Source: Bacteroidales bacterium
GTDB lineage: Bacteria > Bacteroidota > Bacteroidia > Bacteroidales > VadinHA17
Direction of reading: 5' to 3'
Assembly (NCBI GenBank): GCA_036759025.1
Contig: DAIOVL010000015.1
Coordinates: 3,676-67,675, forward strand
Length of the DNA: 64,000 nt
A program made the position numbers and the translations under genes. The notes beneath the pieces are model-generated. The model searched no databases. It was not told where the DNA came from and saw only the letters and a program-made list of their open reading frames with translations. Position 1 is the stretch's first letter, and every line of letters starts with the position of its first letter. Positions 54,448 to 63,508 of this stretch are shown one piece after another.

Positions 54448-55491
54448 TTAATATCTGTTGTTGAATTCTTTCGCAAGATCATTTATTTCATTGTCGTCGG
54501 GAAAGAGGCCGTTGCTGATTATGACCCTGTATCTGAATGTGGTTGATTGTCCGGGCTGAAGAGTAAAATTGAATGATTCCTTACCCTTTGTGAAGTCGGT
54601 CCAGCCCAGAGGGTTGGCTGCAAAGAGCCCGTATCCCCTGGCGTGCCAGTAAGTAGGATATCCCGGATTATCATGATGATCGCATACTGTCACCGAAACT
54701 TTTTCTCCGTTAAGGGTACCGTACAGATTCATCCATTCCGCTCTTGTTCCCCAAACGGCTTCACCTGTTGCTCCACGGCTGCTGCGGTAGTTTCCGGTAA
54801 CTCCTTCGGCAGCGCTGACTTTCCGGTCAGAAGGTTTCCCGGAGGCGTCGAGGAGTGTGACCGTACCAGTTGCCGGCAGTTCAAGTTGTCTTGCCACACG
54901 AATTCCGAACATTCCTTCCTTTGTATCGCTGAACACGACTACCGTGTCGCCGGCTTTCAGGGTTGTAAGACGGTCGATCATCCTCAGGCTGCCCCGGGCG
55001 ATGAAATGATATTCGGTTGTTTCGTCGAGAAGCTTTTTTCCCCGGGGGCCGAGCCATTCAGCTTGTGCTACAAGTATTCCTTCGTTAGTCCCCGGTATGG
55101 TTTTTTCGACGGAGAGATGTTTTATTTCTCCTCCTTCAGGTTCCTTGTATCCTCTGTGTCCGTTACCCCAGAAATCGAGTCCGTTCACTTTACCATAATT
55201 AAGCCATATTCCCACCTGGTGAATATGATCGTTTCTCTCTCCTTCGCGGGGATTCAAGGGGAAACCTCTTGTTATTTCCGTGCCGGAAGATGTAAACACG
55301 GGATATAATATTGGTTTATAAACATTTACCGGCCACATATAAGATGTAAACAATTTTCCCTGTACCATTACATCGATACGGTTTTCCTTTTCGTGTCTTT
55401 TGAAAAGCACCTGTGCATCCTGTGCCTGGACTGACAGAGAATACTGAATCAGTAAGAGCAGGAAGGTGAAAAAAAGAATTTTTCTATTCAT
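54448..55491 (-). CDS. Secreted PmoA-like / DUF6807 family protein
   Basis: 347-aa ORF with a signal peptide (FFTFLLLLIQYSLSVQAQ). Family core KPILYPVFTSSGTEITRGFP...ERNDHIHQVGIWLNYGKVNGLDFWGN. Confidence 0.65.
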   Translation of the reverse strand: MNRKILFFTFLLLLIQYSLSVQAQDAQVLFKRHEKENRIDVMVQGKLFTSYMWPVNVYKPILYPVFTSSGTEITRGFPLNPREGERNDHIHQVGIWLNYGKVNGLDFWGNGHRGYKEPEGGEIKHLSVEKTIPGTNEGILVAQAEWLGPRGKKLLDETTEYHFIARGSLRMIDRLTTLKAGDTVVVFSDTKEGMFGIRVARQLELPATGTVTLLDASGKPSDRKVSAAEGVTGNYRSSRGATGEAVWGTRAEWMNLYGTLNGEKVSVTVCDHHDNPGYPTYWHARGYGLFAANPLGWTDFTKGKESFNFTLQPGQSTTFRYRVIISNGLFPDDNEINDLAKEFNNRY

Positions 55492-55588
55492 ATCTCAGGT
55501 TTATACAGATGGCCAAAGAGGAAGACAGGGGCCGCGGAGAAATTTTACTCTCCGTGAAACCCCGTGTCATCCGTTTTGTAAAATAATG

Positions 55589-56950
55589 CTAAACTACTTT
55601 CGGTACCACATAAGGATCCCTGTATTCGCGTGTAAGCATTTTGTCGGCTTTCTTGTCCTTCACAAACTTCTCGGTTGTTCCGTCGAAAACAAGTTTCTTT
55701 CCGAGCCTGTATGAAATATTTGCAAGGTTTGGAAGACAGGCTGACATATATCCTTCATAGATATCGCAATGCAGAGGATCGTTATTTCCGGCGCGGATAG
55801 CTTCGAGGAAGTTTCCATAGTGACCACCGCCACCGGGAGCAGCCATGAAATCGGTAGGTCTTTCACCAACCTGCGAACCTGCAAATGGCTCCCTTTCATT
55901 TTTGCGGAATGCTTTCCACTGGCTTCCGTTTATCTCCACATATCCGTCAGTTCCGAGGAACATATTACCGATTCTTATTCCGAGGCTTGATTCTTCATTT
56001 GTATAACGGCCTCTTGTTTCGAATTCAAGAACGGTGCCATCAGCATACTGGAATACAGATGTCTGGGTATTTGGTGTTTCCTGTTCACATTCCTTTGGAT
56101 CGATACCATAGATACCTCCGATAGAATAGATTGTCTGTGGGTGTTCATTTTTGTTTAGTCCCCAGCGGGCGATATCGAACTGGTGGGGTCCCTGGTTGGC
56201 TGTGTCGCCACCGCCCGTTGCCCAGAACCAGTGCCAGTTATAGTGAACTCTCTTCTCGTTGTATGGTCTGTATGGTGCCGGCCCGAGCCACATATCATAA
56301 TGCAATGATTCCGGAGGTGTTCCGTCGGGAGCTATTCCGAAAGAATCGCGGGGTTTATAGCACAATCCGCGGGCCAGATATACTTTTCCTATTCCTCCGT
56401 CGTGCATGAATTTTATAGCCTGCATTACCTGGGGAATGGAACGGTTCTGGAGTCCTACCTGAACGCGTACATTGTATTTACGGGCTGCTTCGACCATTTT
56501 GCGGCCTTCCCATATACCGTAAGATGCAGGTTTCTCGACATAAACATGTTTTCCGGCCTGGCATGCCCATATTGTGCCCAGTGCGTGCCAGTGGTTTGGT
56601 GTTCCGAAAGATACAGCATCTATCTCCTTGTCTTCGAACACTTTTCTCATGTCCCATTCAGTAACTGGTTTTTCGCCTGTACTGCTTTCTATTTCTTTCG
56701 ATTTAGGGGCGAAATACTGTTCGTCAACATCACAGATAGTCTTAAGTCTCACATTGGCGCTGTCCTTCATCCTGGACCAGGTCCTGATATGGCCTCCGCC
56801 CTGACCTCTGATGCCGATGACGGCCAGCGTGATCCTCTCGTTGGCCCCGATCACAGAACCGTACGATTTGGCACTCAGCCCCAGTCCGCCGATGGTAATG
56901 GCAGCGGTACCCATAGCGCTTTTTTTAATAAAATCCCGTCTGTTTGTCAT
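55589..56950 (-). CDS. Tat-exported Gfo/Idh/MocA-family NAD(P)-dependent oxidoreductase (glycoside 3-dehydrogenase / GH109-like architecture)
   Basis: 453-aa ORF. Tat signal TNRRDFIKKSAMGTAAITIGG. Rossmann segment ITLAVIGIRGQGGGH, then HVYVEKP and the C-domain HYNWHWFWATGGGDTANQGPHQFDIARW. Confidence 0.85.
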   Translation of the reverse strand: MTNRRDFIKKSAMGTAAITIGGLGLSAKSYGSVIGANERITLAVIGIRGQGGGHIRTWSRMKDSANVRLKTICDVDEQYFAPKSKEIESSTGEKPVTEWDMRKVFEDKEIDAVSFGTPNHWHALGTIWACQAGKHVYVEKPASYGIWEGRKMVEAARKYNVRVQVGLQNRSIPQVMQAIKFMHDGGIGKVYLARGLCYKPRDSFGIAPDGTPPESLHYDMWLGPAPYRPYNEKRVHYNWHWFWATGGGDTANQGPHQFDIARWGLNKNEHPQTIYSIGGIYGIDPKECEQETPNTQTSVFQYADGTVLEFETRGRYTNEESSLGIRIGNMFLGTDGYVEINGSQWKAFRKNEREPFAGSQVGERPTDFMAAPGGGGHYGNFLEAIRAGNNDPLHCDIYEGYMSACLPNLANISYRLGKKLVFDGTTEKFVKDKKADKMLTREYRDPYVVPKVV

Positions 56951-57004
56951 TTCTTAAGGTGTTAAGTGGTTAGGTAAAATAGAATTTTTATTTCTTGAAT
57001 TGTA

Positions 57005-58045
57005 TTAAATGTATTTCAATTTTGAAGCCTTCTTCCCTGCCTTTTCAAGCACCTTTGCCGTTTCAATGACTGCTCCTTTTCTGAACCTGCTCTCTTCGGC
57101 TGCAGCCATAAAGGTGAAGATCTCTATTGTTTCATCTGATGTAACAGGCACTATCCCGGTGTCAAAGAATTCCACTATCTTTTCGAGCAAAGGATTATAC
57201 CCGGAGTATTTGCCCAGAACGCAGATCTCCTTTTCACAAAAAACCGTTCCTCCGTAACCTGACTTTCCGTTCCGGATACCTCTGAAGGTACCAATCCTCT
57301 GGTCATCCCACTCACCGGTTACCTGGTCATAATGAGGAGTAAAAGTACGGCTCACCTTTCTGCAGCCTTTCCCCATTACGGTAAACAGGATCTCAACACC
57401 ATGGACACCATACCAGAAGAGGTCGGGATGTGTTTTTTCGAGTGTGGCCGGGCTGTAGACATCTGCCCCCAGCACCTTGCCCATACCTCCTTCTGCAATC
57501 TCTTTCGCTCCCGATATATACCTCAGAGATGACGAAGAGAAAACAGGTACCTTGTAATAAGCGGCAGCTTCGTATATTGCAATGGCGTCGCTCAGTGATG
57601 CAGCCACAGGTTTATCAATAAACATCCTTTTACCTGCCTTCATAACCGGGACAGCCTGTTCAAAATGAAGTCTTCCGTCATTGGTTTCAAGCATAACACA
57701 GTCAACCTCTTTCAGAAGCTCGTCTATTGAGCTGACAATTTTAACACCCAGTTTTTTCACATCTTCTGTATAGCCGGGTATCCTGTCCACACTGCTTTTA
57801 ATGTCGTTACTTCCTCTTGGATATGCAGCTACTATTTTATAACCAAGGAAAGAATCATCTGTTGCATTGTTAAGCGCCCGGGTAAAGGCGACGCTGTGTG
57901 AAGTATCGAGGCCGATTATACCAACGCGTTTGTTCACCGGATTCTGTTTTGTAAAAAACGGATACCCTTTACCGGCAAGTCCGGCTGACATGGCACCGGC
58001 AACGGTTGTTCTGAGAAAATCTCTGCGACCCAGGGGATTTTTCAT
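57005..58045 (-). CDS. Tat-exported Gfo/Idh/MocA-family oxidoreductase (second, shorter type)
   Basis: 346-aa ORF. Tat signal LGRRDFLRTTVAGAMSAGLA. Rossmann segment RVGIIGLDTSHSVAF, then MFIDKP. Confidence 0.8.
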   Translation of the reverse strand: MKNPLGRRDFLRTTVAGAMSAGLAGKGYPFFTKQNPVNKRVGIIGLDTSHSVAFTRALNNATDDSFLGYKIVAAYPRGSNDIKSSVDRIPGYTEDVKKLGVKIVSSIDELLKEVDCVMLETNDGRLHFEQAVPVMKAGKRMFIDKPVAASLSDAIAIYEAAAYYKVPVFSSSSLRYISGAKEIAEGGMGKVLGADVYSPATLEKTHPDLFWYGVHGVEILFTVMGKGCRKVSRTFTPHYDQVTGEWDDQRIGTFRGIRNGKSGYGGTVFCEKEICVLGKYSGYNPLLEKIVEFFDTGIVPVTSDETIEIFTFMAAAEESRFRKGAVIETAKVLEKAGKKASKLKYI

Positions 58046-58145
58046 TTCGCTAACAGCCAGGTTTAGTTGTTGAAATATGCATATAAAAATAATACCAAAT
58101 ACAATATGATCCTATGACTCACCCTGATAACTCTGTTAAAATTAG

Positions 58146-60212
58146 TTAAGGGACTCTTTTAAGGTTACCATAATCATCAAAAACTGATTCTGCTGAGAAG
58201 GATCTGTCTTCACTTTTTAAAATTAACAGTCTTTCATCAGTGACAAGGTCAGGAAGATCATATTCTTTCAGAGCTGCCGGCACTGCCGTCATAATGAGAT
58301 GAGGGTCATAAAAACGTTCGGTGGCTATTGAATGATACGATTTTACAGATTCTTCCAGGATCACCTTTGTGATCTCACTGCAGAATGCTGCTGCATGCAG
58401 CATTACAGGTGTCATAGTGCCACGGGTAAGACCATAAACTTCTTTAACCGGGCCGTGGTACCGCTTTGCTGTTTTTACAATTCCAACGAGGTCACCTGCA
58501 AGTATCCCGGTCAGGCTCCTGCCTGTAATCATGGCGGCATACCAGAGGTTATGTGACACTCCGCTGAAATAGGCATCTCCCCTCAGCTTGCCTGGTCCCA
58601 GTTCGCCTGTACCTGCCATGTCGGGAGCCAGCACCGTTACACCTTTCAGGACAATTTTTTCTATCTCTCCTCCCGGGCCGGCTTCAGCAGCCTTACCTGA
58701 CGGATGGAGAAAGATAAGAAGATTCCCTGAACTATTGTCTGGAATAAACAGAAGGTAGGGAATAACATAATCACCTTCACCCTTTACGAAATATTTGTCG
58801 ACAGTGTATTTATCCCTGACAATACGTCCGGTGAAGACAGGTTTATTAGTTTCAGGAGGTTCCCGGTAACCTGACAGTTCTTTCGCAGCCCTTATTGCGC
58901 CGGGCAGGAATTCAGAAGGATTCTTTCTTTTTTCAAAGAGGATCTCATCAAGTCTTTCGCACTCCTTCCTGTTGATGCTGAAAACCGTTTCACTTCCCGC
59001 TGAAGTTGAAATCTGGCCTGTAGCCGTAACCTGCAGTTCTTCCTTAGTCAATCTTTCAACCTCCTCATCGGCTGTATTTCCGGGATTATTGAGATGCTTC
59101 CTGAAGAAAGCATACATTGCTTCCCTGTTTTTCATTGTCGATGCATGTGCAGCTTCATCTTCCACCCTCGAAAAATTACCCGGCATTCCGTAAGCTTCAT
59201 ACACACGGTGAACTTCAGCCTCAGTTTCCATGGCACCCTCAATACTGAACATATCTCCTGTTGTGGTGATCATCATTGCAGGTCTGGGGGCTCTCACTAT
59301 CAGGAAGTCAGGATGATCCAGTCCCCGGCTGATTATGTTAAAGAGGTTTTGTTCGGCATCCTGGGGTCCTATCGATTGCAGCAGTCTCTTATAGTTTGTA
59401 ATATAATTTTCCGGTGCTGCGGCATGAATACGTTCATCGAATGCCGCGATGTAAGCCGACTGTGTTCCTCCGCCCGAACGGCCTGTTATTCCGATTCTTT
59501 CCGGATCGACTTCAGTCCTGGTAAGGAGGTAATCAACAGCACGGATGCCGTCCCATATCATAAACCTTGCCTGTGACATGCCTGACAGAAAAGCCTGAGA
59601 ACCCGGGTATGAGTGTTCCCTTGTAGGTCCTCCGATAACCGATTTCCCCTGTTCAGGGTCAAAATATTCGAGTCGTTCACCCTGGCCTACGGGGTCGAAT
59701 GCAAAAACGATGAAGCCTTTTTTTACCAGGTTAAGAATTACATGCTGGTATACTTCGCTTCTGTAGCCTTCTGCCGAATGTCCGCTGCAGTATATAACTG
59801 CTGGTGTTTTCCTGTTTCTCCTTACTCCTTTGGGAATGAAGAGTGATGATGTTACACGAAATCCGGGTTGTGATTCGAAGATGACATGTTCGACTTTAAA
59901 GTCCTCCTTGTTGACCGTTCTCACCACTTCGGCATTGAGCGGGCCTTTCTCAGGGAAAGGACCGACAATGTCGAGGAGTGTTTCTTTAATTTCCTTCTGT
60001 CTTTGCTGCCATCCGGTAAGGGAACTGATAGTTCTGATCTTCCGGGCTCTTACGTCAAGTATTTCATAAGCTTCGGAGGCAATATGGCGATATAGTGAAT
60101 TTGTTGCATCTGTATATTCGAGCCATTTATCTGTGATGACTTCCAGGTCTTTCTGGGCATTCAGGAGGCAAGCTGACAGAAGGAGGGGGATCAGGAGGGC
60201 AGATTTCTTCAT
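58146..60212 (-). CDS. Secreted alpha/beta hydrolase (acetyl xylan esterase AXE1 / dienelactone hydrolase-like) with an extra C-terminal domain
   Basis: 688-aa ORF with signal LLIPLLLSACLLNAQ. PAVIYCSGHSAEG...FAFDPVGQGER, and nucleophile elbow GITGRSGGGTQS (GxSxG). Confidence 0.65.
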   Translation of the reverse strand: MKKSALLIPLLLSACLLNAQKDLEVITDKWLEYTDATNSLYRHIASEAYEILDVRARKIRTISSLTGWQQRQKEIKETLLDIVGPFPEKGPLNAEVVRTVNKEDFKVEHVIFESQPGFRVTSSLFIPKGVRRNRKTPAVIYCSGHSAEGYRSEVYQHVILNLVKKGFIVFAFDPVGQGERLEYFDPEQGKSVIGGPTREHSYPGSQAFLSGMSQARFMIWDGIRAVDYLLTRTEVDPERIGITGRSGGGTQSAYIAAFDERIHAAAPENYITNYKRLLQSIGPQDAEQNLFNIISRGLDHPDFLIVRAPRPAMMITTTGDMFSIEGAMETEAEVHRVYEAYGMPGNFSRVEDEAAHASTMKNREAMYAFFRKHLNNPGNTADEEVERLTKEELQVTATGQISTSAGSETVFSINRKECERLDEILFEKRKNPSEFLPGAIRAAKELSGYREPPETNKPVFTGRIVRDKYTVDKYFVKGEGDYVIPYLLFIPDNSSGNLLIFLHPSGKAAEAGPGGEIEKIVLKGVTVLAPDMAGTGELGPGKLRGDAYFSGVSHNLWYAAMITGRSLTGILAGDLVGIVKTAKRYHGPVKEVYGLTRGTMTPVMLHAAAFCSEITKVILEESVKSYHSIATERFYDPHLIMTAVPAALKEYDLPDLVTDERLLILKSEDRSFSAESVFDDYGNLKRVP

Positions 60213-60223
60213 GAGGGTACAAT

Positions 60224-60376
60224 TATCATCTGAGAATAAATATCATCTGAGAATAAGTATCATCTGAGCATTAGTATCATTTGAGAATTAGTATCATTTG
60301 AGAATAAACATCAAATAAGAATAATTCTCATTTAAGAGTTACTCTCAGATGAGAATCATTCTCTATTGATAATCGT
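60224..60376. repeat. 17-bp tandem array: 5 good copies of TATCATYTGAGAATWRR plus about 4 degenerate units, one carrying an inverted core
   Basis: Units start at 60224, 60241, 60258, 60275 and 60292, then degenerate units at 60309, 60326, 60343 and 60360. TCTCAGATGA at 60343..60352 is the exact reverse complement of TCATCTGAGA in units 1-3. The array starts 12 bp upstream of the ATG at 60212 and ends 21 bp after the stop at 60397. Confidence 0.9.
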
Positions 60377-60396
60377 TCTAAACAGGCAGTATTCGC

Positions 60397-61380
60397 CTAT
60401 TCAAGTATATTCCTCATATATTCAATGCATTTAGCTACTTCTTTAGCTGCATCGGAGCCTTCAGGTATGCGGTATTCAAGTTCCACATCCACATTTATCG
60501 GCCATTTTTCCTTTTTCAGAAGAAGAAGTATGTCTGCGATTGGTGTTGCACCCTCTCCAAATGGCATATTAACTCCGTCACCATTTTCGGATGGAGCAGT
60601 TTTATCCTTGATATGGATACTCTTCATCTTGTCGTGGTACTTAATGATAATATCATTTGGATGCAGACCCGTAGCACCAAAATAGTGTCCGGCATCAAAA
60701 TTCAGTCTGTTTGCAGGTGAATAAGCAAGATATTTATCGAATGAGAAACCAGGCTGGGCCGGCTGGGAATGGTTATGGAATATTGCAAGGCTGTTATGTT
60801 TTTCAGCAAATTTTCCAAGACGCTGACATGATTCTTCTCCCAGCTCATCTGTAATTCCGTAAGCTCCAAGCACCTTTGTTGCTTCGTAAGCATAGTCAAT
60901 TTCCTCGTCAGTCCATGCAGAAGGTGCAAATTTGGCTATATGTACCTTGATACCGGCGTCGTTGAATTTCTTACGCATCTCCTCATATCTTGACATGGGC
61001 ATATTAATACGCCACTGCCGCTGAGCTTCCCTGGCATCGTCGGCAGCCTTTGCGAACTCAGCTCTTTCTTCATCGGTAAGCTGCTGGCCTCTGGGCTGAC
61101 GTGGAATAGTCGGAAGTCCGAGATCTTCCTCAGCAACACTCCGCAACTCAATTGAACTGATCCCTGCAAGCAACAAATATTCAATAACTTCGTCTACTTT
61201 ATGGGGCATGCTTCTGTAGCTGTAAGTGGTACAACCGAGCTGCACACCGCCCACTTTTGAATTTGGTTTCTTCGGTTTTGAACCTGAAGAACATGAATAG
61301 CTGAACGGAACAACAGTTAGTGCCGTTGCAGCAGCTGCAGTTCCCAGGAACCTTCTTCTTGTGTAAGTTGCTTTTTTCAT
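60397..61380 (-). CDS. Tat-exported (possibly lipidated) xylose isomerase-like TIM-barrel protein
   Basis: 327-aa ORF. Tat signal YTRRRFLGTAAAATALTVVPFSYSC. XI-like pattern SSIELRS...VHIAKF...IFHNHS...HIKD. Confidence 0.8.
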   Translation of the reverse strand: MKKATYTRRRFLGTAAAATALTVVPFSYSCSSGSKPKKPNSKVGGVQLGCTTYSYRSMPHKVDEVIEYLLLAGISSIELRSVAEEDLGLPTIPRQPRGQQLTDEERAEFAKAADDAREAQRQWRINMPMSRYEEMRKKFNDAGIKVHIAKFAPSAWTDEEIDYAYEATKVLGAYGITDELGEESCQRLGKFAEKHNSLAIFHNHSQPAQPGFSFDKYLAYSPANRLNFDAGHYFGATGLHPNDIIIKYHDKMKSIHIKDKTAPSENGDGVNMPFGEGATPIADILLLLKKEKWPINVDVELEYRIPEGSDAAKEVAKCIEYMRNILE

Positions 61381-61413
61381 TTTGATTTGATTTAAGATTA
61401 GGTTATGTAATCG

Positions 61414-62682
61414 TCATATGCTTTTTTGCTCCTTATCGTATACCACTCTTCCGTTTACGATAGTTTTTTCAATAATCATTTCTCCATCTTCCATACGGAA
61501 CAATACAAGGTCAGCCCTTCTACCAATCGCTATTTCTCCCCTGTCGTCGAGACCATATAGATTTGCAGGATTACGGGTTACCATTCCGACAGCATCATTA
61601 AGGCTGCAACCTGTGACCCTGATTATGTTCGCTATACCTTTTTTAAGAGGTGATGCTGACCCTGCCAGGACATTTTGTGCAGGATATTTAACCATACCAT
61701 CGGGTGTCAGTTCGAGAGTATCTCCCTCGATATTGACAAATTTCCCCGGCGGCAGGGAGGCATAACTTGTTACGTCGGATGTGATGACTGTCAGCTCCGG
61801 TCCTTTGACCTTGTAAAAAACCCTTATCTCTTCAGGGTTCAGGTGAAACCCATCGCAGATTATGCTTACCATGAGCCTGTCGTCGGAAAGCTGCGGCCAG
61901 AGCGGATTAATGTGCCTGTTGATCATGTTGGCGCAACCGTTCCCCAGGTGTGTTGCTATATCGGCTCCCCTGTCAACAGCTTCCTTAACCAGCTGTGCAT
62001 CGGCGTTATGATGGCCCAATCCGACAACAATACCTGCCCGTGTACAATTGGAGATAAAATCGAGAGCTCCCTCCATTTCAGGAGCAATAGTAACCTGAAT
62101 GATGTTGTTGCCGGCGCTTTTGTTTAGCTGGAGAAACTCTTCCCAGTCGGGCTTACGGACAAATCTCAGGGGATGGGCTCCCCTGTAGCCGTCTACTGGT
62201 GATATGAAAGGTCCTTCGAGATGAAATCCGGGTATGGATCCCAGCAGGGCACTGTCGTCTTTCACCTCTCCCAGGATGCTGAAATTTTTCGTAAGCAGTT
62301 CATTGCTGTTTGTTGTAAGCGTGGGGATATAGGTTGTCACACCTGTCTTCCACAGTTCCCTGGTAGCTTTTTTTACACCTTCTGCCGTCAGTTCTCCTCC
62401 CCCGAATGTGAATGATACACCTGCAAATCCGTTCACCTGGTTATCAATGAAACCCGGTGCGACGAAGAGGCCGGCAGATCCGTCAGGCAGATCTGAGATC
62501 TTTTTCACTGCGGCTATTTTTCCGTCCTTAATACTGATCGCAACAGGCTTGCTGTCAGAGTAAAGCAATGCAGTAACAGTATCCGGGTCATTTCCCGAGC
62601 AGGATCCCATTAAGAAAAGCAGCATCGCTGCAACCGGGATTACTGAGCCCAGCCCTGTGCTTCGGATATTTTTCTCAGTCAT
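61414..62682 (-). CDS. N-acetylglucosamine-6-phosphate deacetylase (NagA)-family amidohydrolase with a putative lipoprotein signal
   Basis: 422-aa ORF with NagA motifs in order: PGFIDNQVNGFAGVSF, GFHLEGPFISP, VTIAPE, GLGHHNA, ATHLGNG, SIICDGFHL. The N-terminus VIPVAAMLLFLMGSC is signal/lipobox-like. Alternative starts at Met20 or Met25 (the latter removing the signal) cannot be excluded. Confidence 0.8.
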   Translation of the reverse strand: MTEKNIRSTGLGSVIPVAAMLLFLMGSCSGNDPDTVTALLYSDSKPVAISIKDGKIAAVKKISDLPDGSAGLFVAPGFIDNQVNGFAGVSFTFGGGELTAEGVKKATRELWKTGVTTYIPTLTTNSNELLTKNFSILGEVKDDSALLGSIPGFHLEGPFISPVDGYRGAHPLRFVRKPDWEEFLQLNKSAGNNIIQVTIAPEMEGALDFISNCTRAGIVVGLGHHNADAQLVKEAVDRGADIATHLGNGCANMINRHINPLWPQLSDDRLMVSIICDGFHLNPEEIRVFYKVKGPELTVITSDVTSYASLPPGKFVNIEGDTLELTPDGMVKYPAQNVLAGSASPLKKGIANIIRVTGCSLNDAVGMVTRNPANLYGLDDRGEIAIGRRADLVLFRMEDGEMIIEKTIVNGRVVYDKEQKSI

Positions 62683-62708
62683 ATTATTTGTATTTAAAAT
62701 TCACAATC

Positions 62709-63488
62709 TCAGTATGTCAGCCACCTTATTGCATAGTATTCACATGGTCCCTGGCCTGCATTTCTAATCCCGTGATCGTCGTCGTTTGTTAAAAAAATAA
62801 CAGAACCGGGGCCGCATTGAAATGGTTTACCATTAATCGATTCCTCGACCCTTCCGTATCTTATCAGTATTATCTCCTCATCAGGATGGACATGTGAACT
62901 GTGACTCGGTAATCCTTCCTTAAGCTGGGTGGTATGTATCTCCAGTTCTTTTATAAGTGCCGTTGGCTGTCGCATTATATCACGCCTGCCTCCATTCGCA
63001 TTCGCCCTGAATTCAATATCATTCCAGTTTCGAAATACGGGATCTGCTTTACGGATGTTTTTCGCCAGATTCTCATTTCTCCGTGGTCTGAACCTGAATT
63101 GATAGAAAGTCATATCTTCCTTTGCTTCATTGGAGATTATAACCTGATCGCCCTGGCTTGCCACCACCACGCTTCCTTCACCCAGAAGTTCTGATTTTCC
63201 GTTAATTGTAATTTTTGAAGTGCCTTCACCGATTATCAACATCTCATCATAGCCCTTCGCCACCCTGTATTCTTTAATCAGGGCTCCTCCCTTTAATGTA
63301 ACAGCCTTGATTTCAAACATCCCCAGTGAACGGGTCGGGCTTTTAAGCACATTCCGTACAGTCCCCCTGGTGTTATTTTTTACTTTCAGGTTTTCCCATT
63401 CATAAACTGTCGAACCGGGATTTTTGCCGGCTGAAACAGAAAGAATAGCTATCAGCAATATTGCCAGAATACAGAATCTGTTTTTCAT
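62709..63488 (-). CDS. Secreted bicupin-domain protein
   Basis: 259-aa ORF with signal ILAILLIAILSVSAG. It has two cupin-like halves (DEMLIIGEGTSKITINGKSELLGEGSVVVA and HVHPDEEIILIRYGRVEESINGKPFQCGPGSVIFL). Confidence 0.6.
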   Translation of the reverse strand: MKNRFCILAILLIAILSVSAGKNPGSTVYEWENLKVKNNTRGTVRNVLKSPTRSLGMFEIKAVTLKGGALIKEYRVAKGYDEMLIIGEGTSKITINGKSELLGEGSVVVASQGDQVIISNEAKEDMTFYQFRFRPRRNENLAKNIRKADPVFRNWNDIEFRANANGGRRDIMRQPTALIKELEIHTTQLKEGLPSHSSHVHPDEEIILIRYGRVEESINGKPFQCGPGSVIFLTNDDDHGIRNAGQGPCEYYAIRWLTY

Positions 63489-63508
63489 AAGGTCCTGAAT
63501 TATTGGTG

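Noticed and set aside
60224-60376. The 17-bp tandem array as a possible CRISPR array.
   Set aside because: The repeats are contiguous with no spacers, the unit is too short, and there are no cas genes anywhere in the window.
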